From assembly GCA_963792575.1 (NCBI GenBank), contig CAWBWZ010000001.1, positions 125,555 to 189,554 on the forward strand: 64,000 nucleotides of DNA, read 5' to 3'. Below the pieces are notes generated by a model. That model searched no databases. It was given only the letters and a program-made list of their open reading frames with translations, and was not told where the DNA came from. Within the stretch, counting starts at the first letter, position 1. Every line of letters begins with the position of its first letter. Position numbers and translations under genes: made by a program. This document shows positions 21,465 through 30,326 of the stretch, piece by piece. The stretch comes from an uncultured Acidobacteriota bacterium (GTDB lineage: Bacteria > Acidobacteriota > Thermoanaerobaculia > Multivoradales > UBA5704).

Positions 21465-23117
21465 ATGACTCCCACACCCCGCCGCCCCCGAAGCTTCCGC
21501 TTCGCCCTCTTGCCCGTCCTCCTGGCCCTCGCCTGCGCCGGCGTTCCGCCCGCGGCATCGGCGAAAGGGCCCACCGCGCCCGCGGCTGTCCAGTGGAACC
21601 ACGACTGGGCGCGGGGAGCCGTATTCTACGAGGTCTTCGTCCGCAGCTTCGCCGATTCCAACGGCGACGGCGTTGGCGATCTCCCGGGTCTCACGGGGAA
21701 GCTCGACTACCTCAAGGACCTGGGCGTCGACGCGCTCTGGCTGATGCCGGTCTTCGAGTCGCCGAGCTATCACGGCTACGACACCACCGACTACGAGAAG
21801 ATCCAGCCTGCCTATGGCACGAGCGAGGATTTCGACCGTTTCCTCGCCGAGGCGCACCGCCGGGGGATCCGCGTCATCGTCGACTTCGTGATGAACCACA
21901 CCAGCTCGAAGCACCCGTGGTTCGTCGACTCGGCCTCCGCGCTCAGCTCCCGGCACCGCGACTGGTATGTCTGGCGCACCGACAATCCGGGGTGGAAGCA
22001 GCCCTTTGGGGATGGCCCCGTCTGGCATTCCAACCCCAACGGCGCCAATCCTGTCGCCAACTACTACTACGGCATCTTCTGGAGCGGCATGCCGGACCTC
22101 AACTTCAGCAATCCCGAGGTCCGCAAGGAGATGGAGCGCCTGACCGCTTACTGGCTCGGCCGCGGTGTCGACGGCTTCCGCCTCGACGCCACCCGCCACC
22201 TCTTCGCCAATGGCCCGGGGGACCTGCAGAACGACCAGCCCCAGACCCACGACTACCTGCGGGAGTACGCCGCGAGCGTGCGCCAGGCCAAGCCGCAGGC
22301 CACGCTGGTGGGGGAGAACTGGACCGAGACCCCAAAGATCGCCGCCTACTACGGTTCGACGGCAGCGGTGAGGGAGGGGGACGAGTTGCCGATGAGCTTC
22401 AACTTCCCGCTCGCCGAGGCGATCGTGAAGGCGGTCCGCGACGGCGAGGCGTCCGGCATCGCCGCCAAGCTCCAGGAGATGGCCGAGCTCTATCCGGCGG
22501 AGATCATCGATACGCCTTTCCTCACCAATCACGACCAGCAGCGGGTCGCCACCCAGCTCGGCGACGATCCGGCCCGGCTGCGCACCGCCGCGGCCATCCT
22601 GCTCACCCTGCCGGGCGCTCCCTTCCTCTATTACGGCGAGGAGGTCGGCCTGCAGAACGGCCGGGGAAGCGGTGACGAGTTCAAGCGCACCCCGATGCCC
22701 TGGGATGACTCCGCCGGCGGCGGTTTCACCCCGGGAAAGCCCTGGTTCGACTTCGCGCCCGGCAAGGAGACGGCGAACGTGGCCGCCGAGGCTGGCGATC
22801 CCGGCTCGCTCCTCTCCCACTATCGGCGGCTGATCCAACTGCGGCACACCTCGGCGGCCTTGAAGAAAGGGGACCTGAAGCTGCTGACCCCCGGAGACCG
22901 GAGCGCGCCGGTGCTCGCCTTCCTGCGCCAATCCGGAAAGGAGCGCGTGCTGGTGTTGCACAACCTGACCGCCAGCGAGGTGCAGGCGGGACCGTTCAAG
23001 ATCCCGGGCAAGCGGCTGGACCTTCTCCTCGGCCCCACCGCGAAGCCGGCCAAGGGACGGGACGGCTGGACGGTGACGCTGTCCGCGGGAGCGAGCGGGG
23101 CCTGGCGGGTGCGGTAG
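21465..23117 (+). CDS. GH13 alpha-amylase-family glycosidase, probable lipoprotein
   Basis: Signal/lipobox LLALAC. GH13 regions [19 protein letters not shown] and FLTNHDQ. Start taken at the ATG at residue 37 of the track ORF. Confidence 0.9.
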   Translation: MTPTPRRPRSFRFALLPVLLALACAGVPPAASAKGPTAPAAVQWNHDWARGAVFYEVFVRSFADSNGDGVGDLPGLTGKLDYLKDLGVDALWLMPVFESPSYHGYDTTDYEKIQPAYGTSEDFDRFLAEAHRRGIRVIVDFVMNHTSSKHPWFVDSASALSSRHRDWYVWRTDNPGWKQPFGDGPVWHSNPNGANPVANYYYGIFWSGMPDLNFSNPEVRKEMERLTAYWLGRGVDGFRLDATRHLFANGPGDLQNDQPQTHDYLREYAASVRQAKPQATLVGENWTETPKIAAYYGSTAAVREGDELPMSFNFPLAEAIVKAVRDGEASGIAAKLQEMAELYPAEIIDTPFLTNHDQQRVATQLGDDPARLRTAAAILLTLPGAPFLYYGEEVGLQNGRGSGDEFKRTPMPWDDSAGGGFTPGKPWFDFAPGKETANVAAEAGDPGSLLSHYRRLIQLRHTSAALKKGDLKLLTPGDRSAPVLAFLRQSGKERVLVLHNLTASEVQAGPFKIPGKRLDLLLGPTAKPAKGRDGWTVTLSAGASGAWRVR

Positions 23118-23123
23118 CGCTGT

Positions 23124-23164
23124 TTCCCTGGGAGCGCCGGCGGGACGCCGGCGCTCCCAGGGAA
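23124..23164. terminator. bidirectional intrinsic terminator between convergent amylase and msrA genes
   Basis: 19-bp perfect stem TTCCCTGGGAGCGCCGGCG-gga-CGCCGGCGCTCCCAGGGAA followed by TTT. Confidence 0.7.
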
Positions 23165-23165
23165 T

Positions 23166-23798
23166 TTATGCCTTCAGCCGCTCCGCGAAGTGCTTGCGCA
23201 GCTTGGAGACCTTGGGCGCCGCCGTGAACAGGATGTAGGGCTGCATGGGGTGGCGCGAGGCGTAGTCCTGGTGGTACGCCTCGGCCTCGTAGAAGGCCTC
23301 CAGCGGCGCCACCTGGGTGACGATCGGCGTGTCGTAGGCGCCGGCCTCGTTGAGCTGCCGGATGTAGGCCTCCGCCACCCGCTTCTGCTCTTCGTCCGTG
23401 GTGAAGATCGCGGAGCGGTACTGGGTCCCCTGATCCGCGCCCTGGCGGTTGAGCTGGGTGGGATCGTGGGCCACCGAGAAGAACACCTTCAGCAACTGGC
23501 CGTAGCTCACCCGGGAAGGGTCGAAACGCACCTGGACGACCTCCGCGTGGCCGGTCCTGCCGGAGCAGACCGCGTCATAGTCGGCCGTCTTGGCGCTGCC
23601 GCCCGAGTATCCGGAGACCACCTCCAGGACGCCGTCGATCTCCTTGAGCACGGCTTCGATGCACCAGAAGCACCCGCCGGCCAGCACGGCCAGTTGCGCA
23701 CCGCCGTCCGGCCCCGGCTCCACGTCGAGCGCCGGATCGGGAAACTCATGCGGCGCCAGATGGCGGCCGCGGGGGATCTCACAGGTCGGATCGCTCAT
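23166..23798 (-). CDS. msrA: peptide-methionine (S)-S-oxide reductase
   Basis: [10 protein letters not shown] active site and [12 protein letters not shown]. Confidence 0.93.
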   Translation of the reverse strand: MSDPTCEIPRGRHLAPHEFPDPALDVEPGPDGGAQLAVLAGGCFWCIEAVLKEIDGVLEVVSGYSGGSAKTADYDAVCSGRTGHAEVVQVRFDPSRVSYGQLLKVFFSVAHDPTQLNRQGADQGTQYRSAIFTTDEEQKRVAEAYIRQLNEAGAYDTPIVTQVAPLEAFYEAEAYHQDYASRHPMQPYILFTAAPKVSKLRKHFAERLKA

Positions 23799-23819
23799 GT
23801 CTCTCCTCCTCTTGGATAT

Positions 23820-24764
23820 CTACGCGCCAGCCTGCCGCCCCGGTTTACGGGCGCGGACGAAGGCGCTCATCACTTTGCCGTCCACATCCGCTGAAACGCT
23901 TTCCGGATCGACTCCTGTTCCCGCCAGGAAGTCGCGGGCGTCCTCGACGCGATAGATCCGCGTCGGCTCGATCTCGATCTGCTCGAAACCCACCTCGGCG
24001 AGAAGCCGCCCGTACTCCGCCTCTTCCAGCGCTCCGGCGACGCAGCCGATCCAGAGCTCGACGCTGCGCCGCAGCGTTTCCGGCATCTCGCCGCGGACCA
24101 CCACGTCCGAGACGGCGAAGCGCCCGCCCGGCCGGAGCACGCGGAAAGCCTCCGCCAGGACCTGCCGCTTGTCGGCCGAGAGATTGATCACGCAGTTGGA
24201 GATGATCACGTCCACGGTATCGCCGGGCAGCGGAATGGCCTCGATCTCGCCCTTCAGGAACTCGACGTTCTCAACCCTCGCCTTGCGCTGGTTCTCCCGC
24301 GCCAGCGCCAGCATCTCGTCGGTCATGTCGAGGCCATAGGCCTTGCCGGTGGGACCCACGCGGCGCGCCGAGAGGAGGACGTCGATCCCGCCGCCCGAGC
24401 CGAGGTCGAGCACGACCTCGCCCGGCTCCAGGGACGCCAGCATCGTGGGATTGCCGCAGCCGAGCGACGCGAGCATCGCCTCCGCCGGCAGCCCCGCGGT
24501 CTGCGCCGCCTCATAGAGGTCGGAGGTGATCGGGTCGCGGCCGCCGCCAGAGCCGCTGTCGCCACAGCAAGCGGCTCCACCTTTCCGGACGCTGCGCGCC
24601 GCCTCGCCATACTTCGCCTGCACCACCTCGCGCAGGGCCGCGGGATCGAGCGACTTGACGTTCTCGGCCTGCGCCGCAGGGGTGCCACAGCACTCGGGGC
24701 CACAGCAGGCGGCTTCGCCCGCCGTGGGCAAGGGGGAACTTGAAACGGAAGACTGGGTGTTCAT
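23820..24764 (-). CDS. arsM: arsenite S-adenosylmethionine methyltransferase
   Basis: N-terminal Cys pairs ([14 protein letters not shown]). SAM motif [12 protein letters not shown]. Also [15 protein letters not shown] and IGCVAGA. Confidence 0.9.
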   Translation of the reverse strand: MNTQSSVSSSPLPTAGEAACCGPECCGTPAAQAENVKSLDPAALREVVQAKYGEAARSVRKGGAACCGDSGSGGGRDPITSDLYEAAQTAGLPAEAMLASLGCGNPTMLASLEPGEVVLDLGSGGGIDVLLSARRVGPTGKAYGLDMTDEMLALARENQRKARVENVEFLKGEIEAIPLPGDTVDVIISNCVINLSADKRQVLAEAFRVLRPGGRFAVSDVVVRGEMPETLRRSVELWIGCVAGALEEAEYGRLLAEVGFEQIEIEPTRIYRVEDARDFLAGTGVDPESVSADVDGKVMSAFVRARKPGRQAGA

Positions 24765-24786
24765 GGGGATCGTCCTTTCTGGATGT

Positions 24787-24805
24787 TGTTGTTAGTAGCA
24801 ACTAT
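24787..24805. promoter_or_regulatory. putative operator upstream of arsM (copy 1 of a 19-nt motif)
   Basis: TGTTGTTAGTAGCAACTAT lies between the regulator stop and the arsM start. It contains the imperfect palindrome GTTGnTAnTAnCAAC and matches 25362..25380 at 18 of 19 positions. Confidence 0.45.
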
Positions 24806-24821
24806 TGGTTCAAAAAAAATC

Positions 24822-25376
24822 CTATCGGACCGTGCAGCAGTTTCCGGCCTCGCCTCCGCCCCTCGTCGCGGTGGCGCGGGCTAACTGGCGCAGGAGCTGC
24901 GTCATGGCCTGGCGGACCTCGGGAGCGAAGCTGGCGAGGAGATCGCGCTCTTCCGCCAGGATCGAATCCCGGATCTTCCCCTCCAGCGCGCGGCCGGCCG
25001 CGGTCGCCTCCAGGAGCACGGCCCGGCGGTCCTCCGGATGCGGCAGGCGGGTCACATACGCCTTGCGCTCGAGGGCGTCGACCACCCGGCTCGCCGTGCT
25101 CTTGTCGAGGTAGAGCTGCGCCGCGAGGTCGTTCAAGGTCATCCCGCCCCGCCGCACCAGCGCCTCCAGGGCATAGCACTGGGTGACCGAAACGTCATAG
25201 CAGCAGATCCGGTCACGGTCGCGGAACTGGTAGACGCGCACCAGCTCCGACAGGGCGTCGTACAGCGCCTCGGTATCCCTCTCCAGGCCAGGATCGGCGG
25301 GTGCCACGGTCAGGATGGGAAGGGCGGTCTTCGTGCTCACGGGAGGGACTCTACCATGATATGTTGTCAGTAGCAA
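24822..25376 (-). CDS. MarR-family transcriptional regulator with a Cys cluster
   Basis: Winged-helix region MTLNDLAAQLYLDKSTASRVVDALERKAYVTRLPHPEDRRAV. Cys cluster RICCYDVSVTQCY. The start is uncertain (TTG at 25376 or a downstream GTG). Confidence 0.8.
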   Translation of the reverse strand: MLLTTYHGRVPPVSTKTALPILTVAPADPGLERDTEALYDALSELVRVYQFRDRDRICCYDVSVTQCYALEALVRRGGMTLNDLAAQLYLDKSTASRVVDALERKAYVTRLPHPEDRRAVLLEATAAGRALEGKIRDSILAEERDLLASFAPEVRQAMTQLLRQLARATATRGGGEAGNCCTVR

Positions 25377-25380
25377 CTAT
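25362..25380. promoter_or_regulatory. putative operator in the regulator/arsC divergent region (copy 2)
   Basis: TGTTGTCAGTAGCAACTAT. Both copies generate track ORFs starting MLLTT, which shows the repeat independently. Confidence 0.45.
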
Positions 25381-25420
25381 CTTGTTTCGGGCCTTGCGCC
25401 TCCAGTGGGCCTGAAATAGA

Positions 25421-25855
25421 TTGCCGGGCATGACCGGGATACTGCCACTGCGGATTCTCTTCCTCTGCACCCACAACAGCGCCCGCTCGCAGATGGCGGA
25501 GGCGATCCTCCGCGAGCTCGGCGGCGGCCGGGTCGAGGCCGCGAGCGCGGGGACCGAGGTCACGCGGGTCCATCCGCTCGCCGTCCGTGAGATGGCGGAG
25601 CGCGGGATCGACATCGGCGCCCAGAGGTCGAAGCACCTGAACGAGTTCCTCGGCGAAAGGCTCGATTACGTGGTGACCGTCTGCGACAACGCCGGCGAGT
25701 CGTGCCCCGTCTTTCCGGGAGGTCCGGAGCGCATCCACTGGAGCATCCCCGATCCGTCCGCCGTGGAGGGCACGGACGAGATTCGGGCCGCGGCGTTCAA
25801 GCGGGCGGCCGACGATCTGACCACCCGGATTCGCGACCTCCTGACTCGGCTGTAA
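25421..25855 (+). CDS. arsC: arsenate reductase, LMW-PTPase/thioredoxin-coupled type
   Basis: P-loop [15 protein letters not shown] (CX5R). About 144 aa. Confidence 0.92.
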   Translation: MPGMTGILPLRILFLCTHNSARSQMAEAILRELGGGRVEAASAGTEVTRVHPLAVREMAERGIDIGAQRSKHLNEFLGERLDYVVTVCDNAGESCPVFPGGPERIHWSIPDPSAVEGTDEIRAAAFKRAADDLTTRIRDLLTRL

Positions 25856-25927
25856 GAGCGCATCACGCACCGGGAGGCACCTTTGTATTGAAGGCAGCTA
25901 GTCCCATGGCCTGAAAGGAGATCCCAA

Positions 25928-26116
25928 ATGAAGAAGAAGGCGCCCAAGCTCTCTCTCAGTCGTGAAACCCTCGCTCACCTCTCCAACTCTCGGTTGGAAC
26001 AAGCGGCCGGTGCCGTGCCGGCCACCTATGACAAGTCGTGCCTGTATTCCTGCTACGCCGGATGCAGCGCCGTAGGCTGCACCGACACCTGCCCGGTGCG
26101 CACCCAGATCTGCTGA
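25928..26116 (+). CDS. Cys-rich peptide precursor with a double-glycine-like leader (bacteriocin/RiPP-like)
   Basis: AAAGGAG lies 7 nt upstream of the ATG. Leader MKKKAPKLSLSRETLAHLSNSRLEQAAGA. Core VPATYDKSCLYSCYAGCSAVGCTDTCPVRTQIC has 6 Cys in 33 aa. Confidence 0.5.
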   Translation: MKKKAPKLSLSRETLAHLSNSRLEQAAGAVPATYDKSCLYSCYAGCSAVGCTDTCPVRTQIC

Positions 26117-26208
26117 ACGGATGGGGCAGGCCGTGGGGCGTTTCCTCACGGCTCGTCCCGTTGTTCAGCGAGAGCCTTCATGCCTGCTCTCCGTACTATC
26201 ATGCTGCC

Positions 26209-26451
26209 ATGGCCAAGCAACTGACGATCCGCGGGATACCGGAGGATGTGGGCCAGAGGCTGGAAAACCTGAGCCGAGCCCGGGGCCGGAGGGTCAATGC
26301 CGTCGTGCTCGAGATTTTAGGAGCCGCCGTTAGGGTGGACGACCGGCGGGACAGACTGACTCGCTATGCAACCTGGAGCCCTGAAGATCTGGCGGAGTTC
26401 AATGAAGCTCTCTCCGTTCAGCGAACGAGCAGTGATCCATGTTGCGACTGA
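26209..26451 (+). CDS. ribbon-helix-helix antitoxin-like protein
   Basis: MAKQLTIRGIPEDVGQRLENLSRARGRRVNAVVLEIL is typical of RHH (FitA/VapB-like) N-termini. It overlaps the start of the next gene by 13 nt. No toxin gene follows. Confidence 0.5.
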   Translation: MAKQLTIRGIPEDVGQRLENLSRARGRRVNAVVLEILGAAVRVDDRRDRLTRYATWSPEDLAEFNEALSVQRTSSDPCCD

Positions 26452-28085
26452 CAGAGCTCAGACTCCCGCTCAATCACACCGAAGAAGAGCTACGGGCCGC
26501 CATCCTCAAAGAACTCGGCATCGAGCCGCGGGAGCTGGTCGGCTATTCGATCTTTCGGCGCAGCTTCGATGCCCGCAAAAAGGGTGCGATCGCGCTCATC
26601 TACCATCTCGACGTCGAGACGGACCGCGAGGGGGAGATCCTCCGGCGGCGTCGCGGCAACCCGCATGTCGGGCCGACGCCGGACACCTCCTATCGCTTCG
26701 TGGCCCAGGCGCCGCCGGATCTGGCGGTGCGGCCGGTCGTGATCGGCATGGGCCCCTGCGGCCTGTTCGCGGGCCTGCTGCTGGCGGAGATGGGATTCCG
26801 CCCGATCATTCTGGAGCGCGGCAAGCAGGTCCGCGAGCGCACCGTCGACACCTTCGGGCTCTGGCGCAAGGGGATTCTCAATCCCGAATCCAACGTGCAG
26901 TTCGGCGAGGGCGGGGCCGGCACCTTTTCCGACGGCAAGCTCTACAGCCAGATCAAGGACCCCGGGCACCGCGGGCGCAAGGTGCTCACCGAATTCGTCG
27001 AGGCCGGCGCGCCGGCCGAGATCCTCTTCGTCAACAAGCCCCACATCGGCACCTTCCGGCTGGTGAAGATGGTGGAGGCCATGCGGGCGAAGATCGAATC
27101 CCTGGGCGGCGAGATCCGCTTCGGGAGCCGGGTCGAGGACCTCGTCGTCGAGCAGGGAAAGGTGCGGGGATTGATCCTCGCCGACGGCCGGCGCCTGGCG
27201 GCGGACCACGTGATCCTGGCGGTCGGCCACAGCGCTCGCGACACCTTCGAGATGCTGCTGCGCCGGGGCGTCTACATCGAGCCCAAGCCCTTTTCGATCG
27301 GATTCCGCATCGAGCACCCTCAGACTCTCGTCGACCGTTGCCGCTTCGGGCCGCAGGCGGGGCACCCGCTCCTCGGCGCCGCCGATTACAAGCTGGTTCA
27401 CCACTGCCGCAACGGCCGCTCGGTCTACAGCTTCTGCATGTGTCCGGGGGGGACGGTGGTGGCCGCGGCCTCGGAGCCGGGACGGGTGGTCACCAACGGC
27501 ATGAGTCAATATTCGAGGGACGAGCGGAACGCCAACAGCGGGATCGTCGTGGGCATCACGCCGGACGACTATCCCGGCGGGCCGCTGGCCGGCGTCGACT
27601 TTCAACGCCACTGGGAAGAGCGCGCGTTTGAGCTGGGCGGCGGCACATACGAGGCGCCCGGCCAGCTCGTCGGCGACTTCCTGGCGGGCCGCCCCTCCAC
27701 GGAATTCGGCGCGGTCCTGCCGTCCTACCGGCCCGGCGTGCGCCTGGGGGATCTGAGCGCGAGCCTGCCGGACTACGCGATCGAGGCGATCCGCGAGGCG
27801 CTCCCCGCCTTCGACCAGCAGATGCGGGGGTTCGCCATGCGCGACGCCCTGCTGACCGGCGTCGAGACGCGCACCTCCTCACCCGTCCGGGTCCAGCGGA
27901 AGGAAGACTTCCAGAGCCTCAATACGGAAGGTCTCTATCCCGCGGGCGAGGGGGCCGGATACGCCGGTGGCATCCTCTCCGCCGGCGTCGACGGCATCAG
28001 GGTGGCGGAGGCCGTCGCCCTGAGTATTTTGGAAGGCCAAGCGGAAGCTCGAAAGAGCGGCGGCCAGGCACCTGTTCTTTTGTAG
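26439..28085 (+). CDS. FAD-dependent oxidoreductase of the COG2509 type
   Basis: Conserved N-terminus MLRLTELRLPL.H.E..L ... FDARKK. Dinucleotide fold VVIGMGPCGLFAGLLLAE. C-terminal YPAGEGAGYAGGI. Confidence 0.85.
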   Translation: MLRLTELRLPLNHTEEELRAAILKELGIEPRELVGYSIFRRSFDARKKGAIALIYHLDVETDREGEILRRRRGNPHVGPTPDTSYRFVAQAPPDLAVRPVVIGMGPCGLFAGLLLAEMGFRPIILERGKQVRERTVDTFGLWRKGILNPESNVQFGEGGAGTFSDGKLYSQIKDPGHRGRKVLTEFVEAGAPAEILFVNKPHIGTFRLVKMVEAMRAKIESLGGEIRFGSRVEDLVVEQGKVRGLILADGRRLAADHVILAVGHSARDTFEMLLRRGVYIEPKPFSIGFRIEHPQTLVDRCRFGPQAGHPLLGAADYKLVHHCRNGRSVYSFCMCPGGTVVAAASEPGRVVTNGMSQYSRDERNANSGIVVGITPDDYPGGPLAGVDFQRHWEERAFELGGGTYEAPGQLVGDFLAGRPSTEFGAVLPSYRPGVRLGDLSASLPDYAIEAIREALPAFDQQMRGFAMRDALLTGVETRTSSPVRVQRKEDFQSLNTEGLYPAGEGAGYAGGILSAGVDGIRVAEAVALSILEGQAEARKSGGQAPVLL

Positions 28086-28115
28086 GATGCTCTTCAACCT
28101 GACTGGAGGAACGGA

Positions 28116-28427
28116 ATGTCGAAAAAGTGTGTCTGGGCCGGACTTCTTCTGATCGCCGCGCTCTCCTTCGCCGGCCCCACCTGGGCGGTGGAGCCGCCGG
28201 CCGCTGATTGCCTGGCCGCCACCTCCACGCTCCCGGATCTCCCGGTCTGGATGCAGGCGGGTCCCATCCCCTGCGGCGCCGGCTGTCCGCTTTCCGGCCA
28301 GGGCACCTCTCCCAGTTGCACGGGCAAGATGACGGGCGACGCCTGTGGAGTCGGAGGGACCTGCTTTCTGGTCCTGACGCCTTCCTGCCCGCGCTCCGCG
28401 GCTCGTTGCTCCTGCATCACGCAGTGA
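28116..28427 (+). CDS. small secreted Cys-rich protein
   Basis: GGAGGA RBS. Sec signal MSKKCVWAGLLLIAALSFAGPTWA. The mature part has 9 Cys. Confidence 0.6.
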   Translation: MSKKCVWAGLLLIAALSFAGPTWAVEPPAADCLAATSTLPDLPVWMQAGPIPCGAGCPLSGQGTSPSCTGKMTGDACGVGGTCFLVLTPSCPRSAARCSCITQ

Positions 28428-28428
28428 G

Positions 28429-29127
28429 CTACTCGGCCGCTTCCAGCAGAGCGCGCATTTCAGGAGTCTTGGCCGCCTCCATCAGGGCGGCCTTGTGCTC
28501 GCCGAGCCTGGCTCCGGACGCGAGCAGGAGCCGGACGACGTCGAGGTGATTCTCGTTGACGGGTCCATACAGCAGGGGGAAGCCGCCGGGCGCGGCATTG
28601 GGATCGGCACCGGCCTTGAGCAGAATCGTGCACATCTCAAGGTTGCCCGTACGCGCCGCCTCCGCGAGCAACGGCACGCCGTACTCGTTGGCCATCCTGG
28701 CATCGGCCCCCGCCTCGACGAGAATGCGCACCAGCGCGGGATCTCCGGAATCGACCGCCTCAAAGACGATCGTCTTTCCGGACTCCATCGACGGCGCGTT
28801 CTTCTCGTTCGGCGCGACACCGCCGGCGAGCAGCGCCTTGAGAACCTCGGGCTGCTTCCGCTCGACCGCGATCCAGAGCGCCGTGCGTCTCGAGGAGTTG
28901 GCCGCCGAGGGATCGATACCGGCTTCGAGGAAGAGCGTCACGTGCGACGCGTCCCCCTCGGCGACTTTCTGCAGGAACGCCTCCGGGGTGAACGCGATGC
29001 CCTCCTTGGCAAGGGCTTCGCGGGCGCCGGCCTGATCGCAACGGGCGGGCGGAACGGCGAGGAACAGAGCGGCGAGCGCGAGCACGGCGAGCGGCGTCTT
29101 CATCGGGTTCTCCCGTCTTATGGGCAA
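28429..29127 (-). CDS. secreted ankyrin-repeat protein
   Basis: Signal peptide, then repeated ..TALWIAVERKQPEVLKALLAGGVAPN.. and ..LLAEAARTGNLEMCTILLKAGADPN.. units. Confidence 0.9.
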   Translation of the reverse strand: MPIRRENPMKTPLAVLALAALFLAVPPARCDQAGAREALAKEGIAFTPEAFLQKVAEGDASHVTLFLEAGIDPSAANSSRRTALWIAVERKQPEVLKALLAGGVAPNEKNAPSMESGKTIVFEAVDSGDPALVRILVEAGADARMANEYGVPLLAEAARTGNLEMCTILLKAGADPNAAPGGFPLLYGPVNENHLDVVRLLLASGARLGEHKAALMEAAKTPEMRALLEAAE

Positions 29128-29264
29128 AACATTCGTAGGCTGGACCTCACGCTACCATGACTCCCTCCGTCTGAGCCGATCGGAAAAGCCAAAGACAAGG
29201 ACGACAAGGACAGCAAGGACGAGAGGCAGGCCGCCGAAACTGTGGCGTTCGCTTCGCGGTGGAG

Positions 29265-30311
29265 TCAGCTTTTCCAGAACCGGGTCAGCCTCTCCAGAAT
29301 GGATCTCGAAGACTTTACCTTTTCGGGATCGAAAAAGGAGAGTCGATTCCCGATCCATCCCAGGACCTCCGGGGCACACCCGATCCAGGTCAGCACTTCC
29401 CGGAGTCGATCCTGGTACGGGACCTCCGCCAGATAATGATAATGAAGCAGAACGGGTTGGAAGCCCGGATACATGGGCCAGGACCGGCCGGGACCGATCA
29501 GATTATGGAGAGGGATGTTGTACCGCTCGTCATAGGTGTAAACGTCGGAGGTCCTGGACCAGATCGCGACGCTCAACGCGGCCTGGCTGGAACCCCACCA
29601 CTCGCTGGCCTCGAGCCCCACGGAACCCGTGGACGCCAGAACGTCAAATTCCTTGCCCTCCAGGGGGCGCAGGTTTTCCGCCAGGGACGCGAAGAAGATC
29701 TCCCGCGTTCTCTGGAGGATGCCGAGATCCCGCCGAACCACGGTGAAGCCGCCGTTGTACGACGCCCGGATCGGGAGGTTGTCGATCGTCGTGGAAATCA
29801 TCGGCAATTGTGACAGGCCGATGCCCCCGAACCCGCACATGCGGGCCCAATAGACGTCCTGTGGATCGCCGGCTCCGCTCGATGCCGAGCCTTTGACGTC
29901 CACCGGCCGAACCCCCGCATCCGCGCGCGCGAAACCGGGCTCGCCGACCAGGACGGTATCCGTGTCGAGCAGGACGAGGTAGGGCCGTGGGGAAAAGGTC
30001 TCCGCCCAGGCGCCGGCCACGATGCGGTTGATCGTGCCATAGGGACTGCCGGTATCGTTCAGGGGCTCGACGGCGTACGTCACTCCGAGCTTGGCGAGAT
30101 GTGCCCTGGCCTCGGAGCCCAGCGCGAGATGGGGCCGGGGCGAGACGGCGAGAATCGGAGCCTCCCGGTATCGTCCGCCGAAGGTTCGCAGGCTCTCGCA
30201 GAGGAGACGGGCCTGCGGCTCGAGCCGGTTCGCTTCGACGCAGATCAGGAAGGCGACCTCGCTCTCGTGGAGTGGGTCGTCGAGCTTGGATGCGTCCATG
30301 CCCTGGAGCAT
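29265..30311 (-). CDS. GT8-like nucleotide-diphospho-sugar glycosyltransferase
   Basis: Only the last 348 aa of track ORF 29265..31814 look real. It has LVLLDTDTVLV (DxD) and YNGGF. Start at ATG 30311 or 30299. Confidence 0.65.
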   Translation of the reverse strand: MLQGMDASKLDDPLHESEVAFLICVEANRLEPQARLLCESLRTFGGRYREAPILAVSPRPHLALGSEARAHLAKLGVTYAVEPLNDTGSPYGTINRIVAGAWAETFSPRPYLVLLDTDTVLVGEPGFARADAGVRPVDVKGSASSGAGDPQDVYWARMCGFGGIGLSQLPMISTTIDNLPIRASYNGGFTVVRRDLGILQRTREIFFASLAENLRPLEGKEFDVLASTGSVGLEASEWWGSSQAALSVAIWSRTSDVYTYDERYNIPLHNLIGPGRSWPMYPGFQPVLLHYHYLAEVPYQDRLREVLTWIGCAPEVLGWIGNRLSFFDPEKVKSSRSILERLTRFWKS

Positions 30312-30326
30312 AATCGAGCCGCCGAC

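Noticed and set aside
29195-29221. Three tandem 9-nt units ACAAGGACG/ACAAGGACA/GCAAGGACG in the ankyrin/GT8 intergenic region
   Set aside because: It is too short and isolated to interpret. It could be chance or a minor slippage product.
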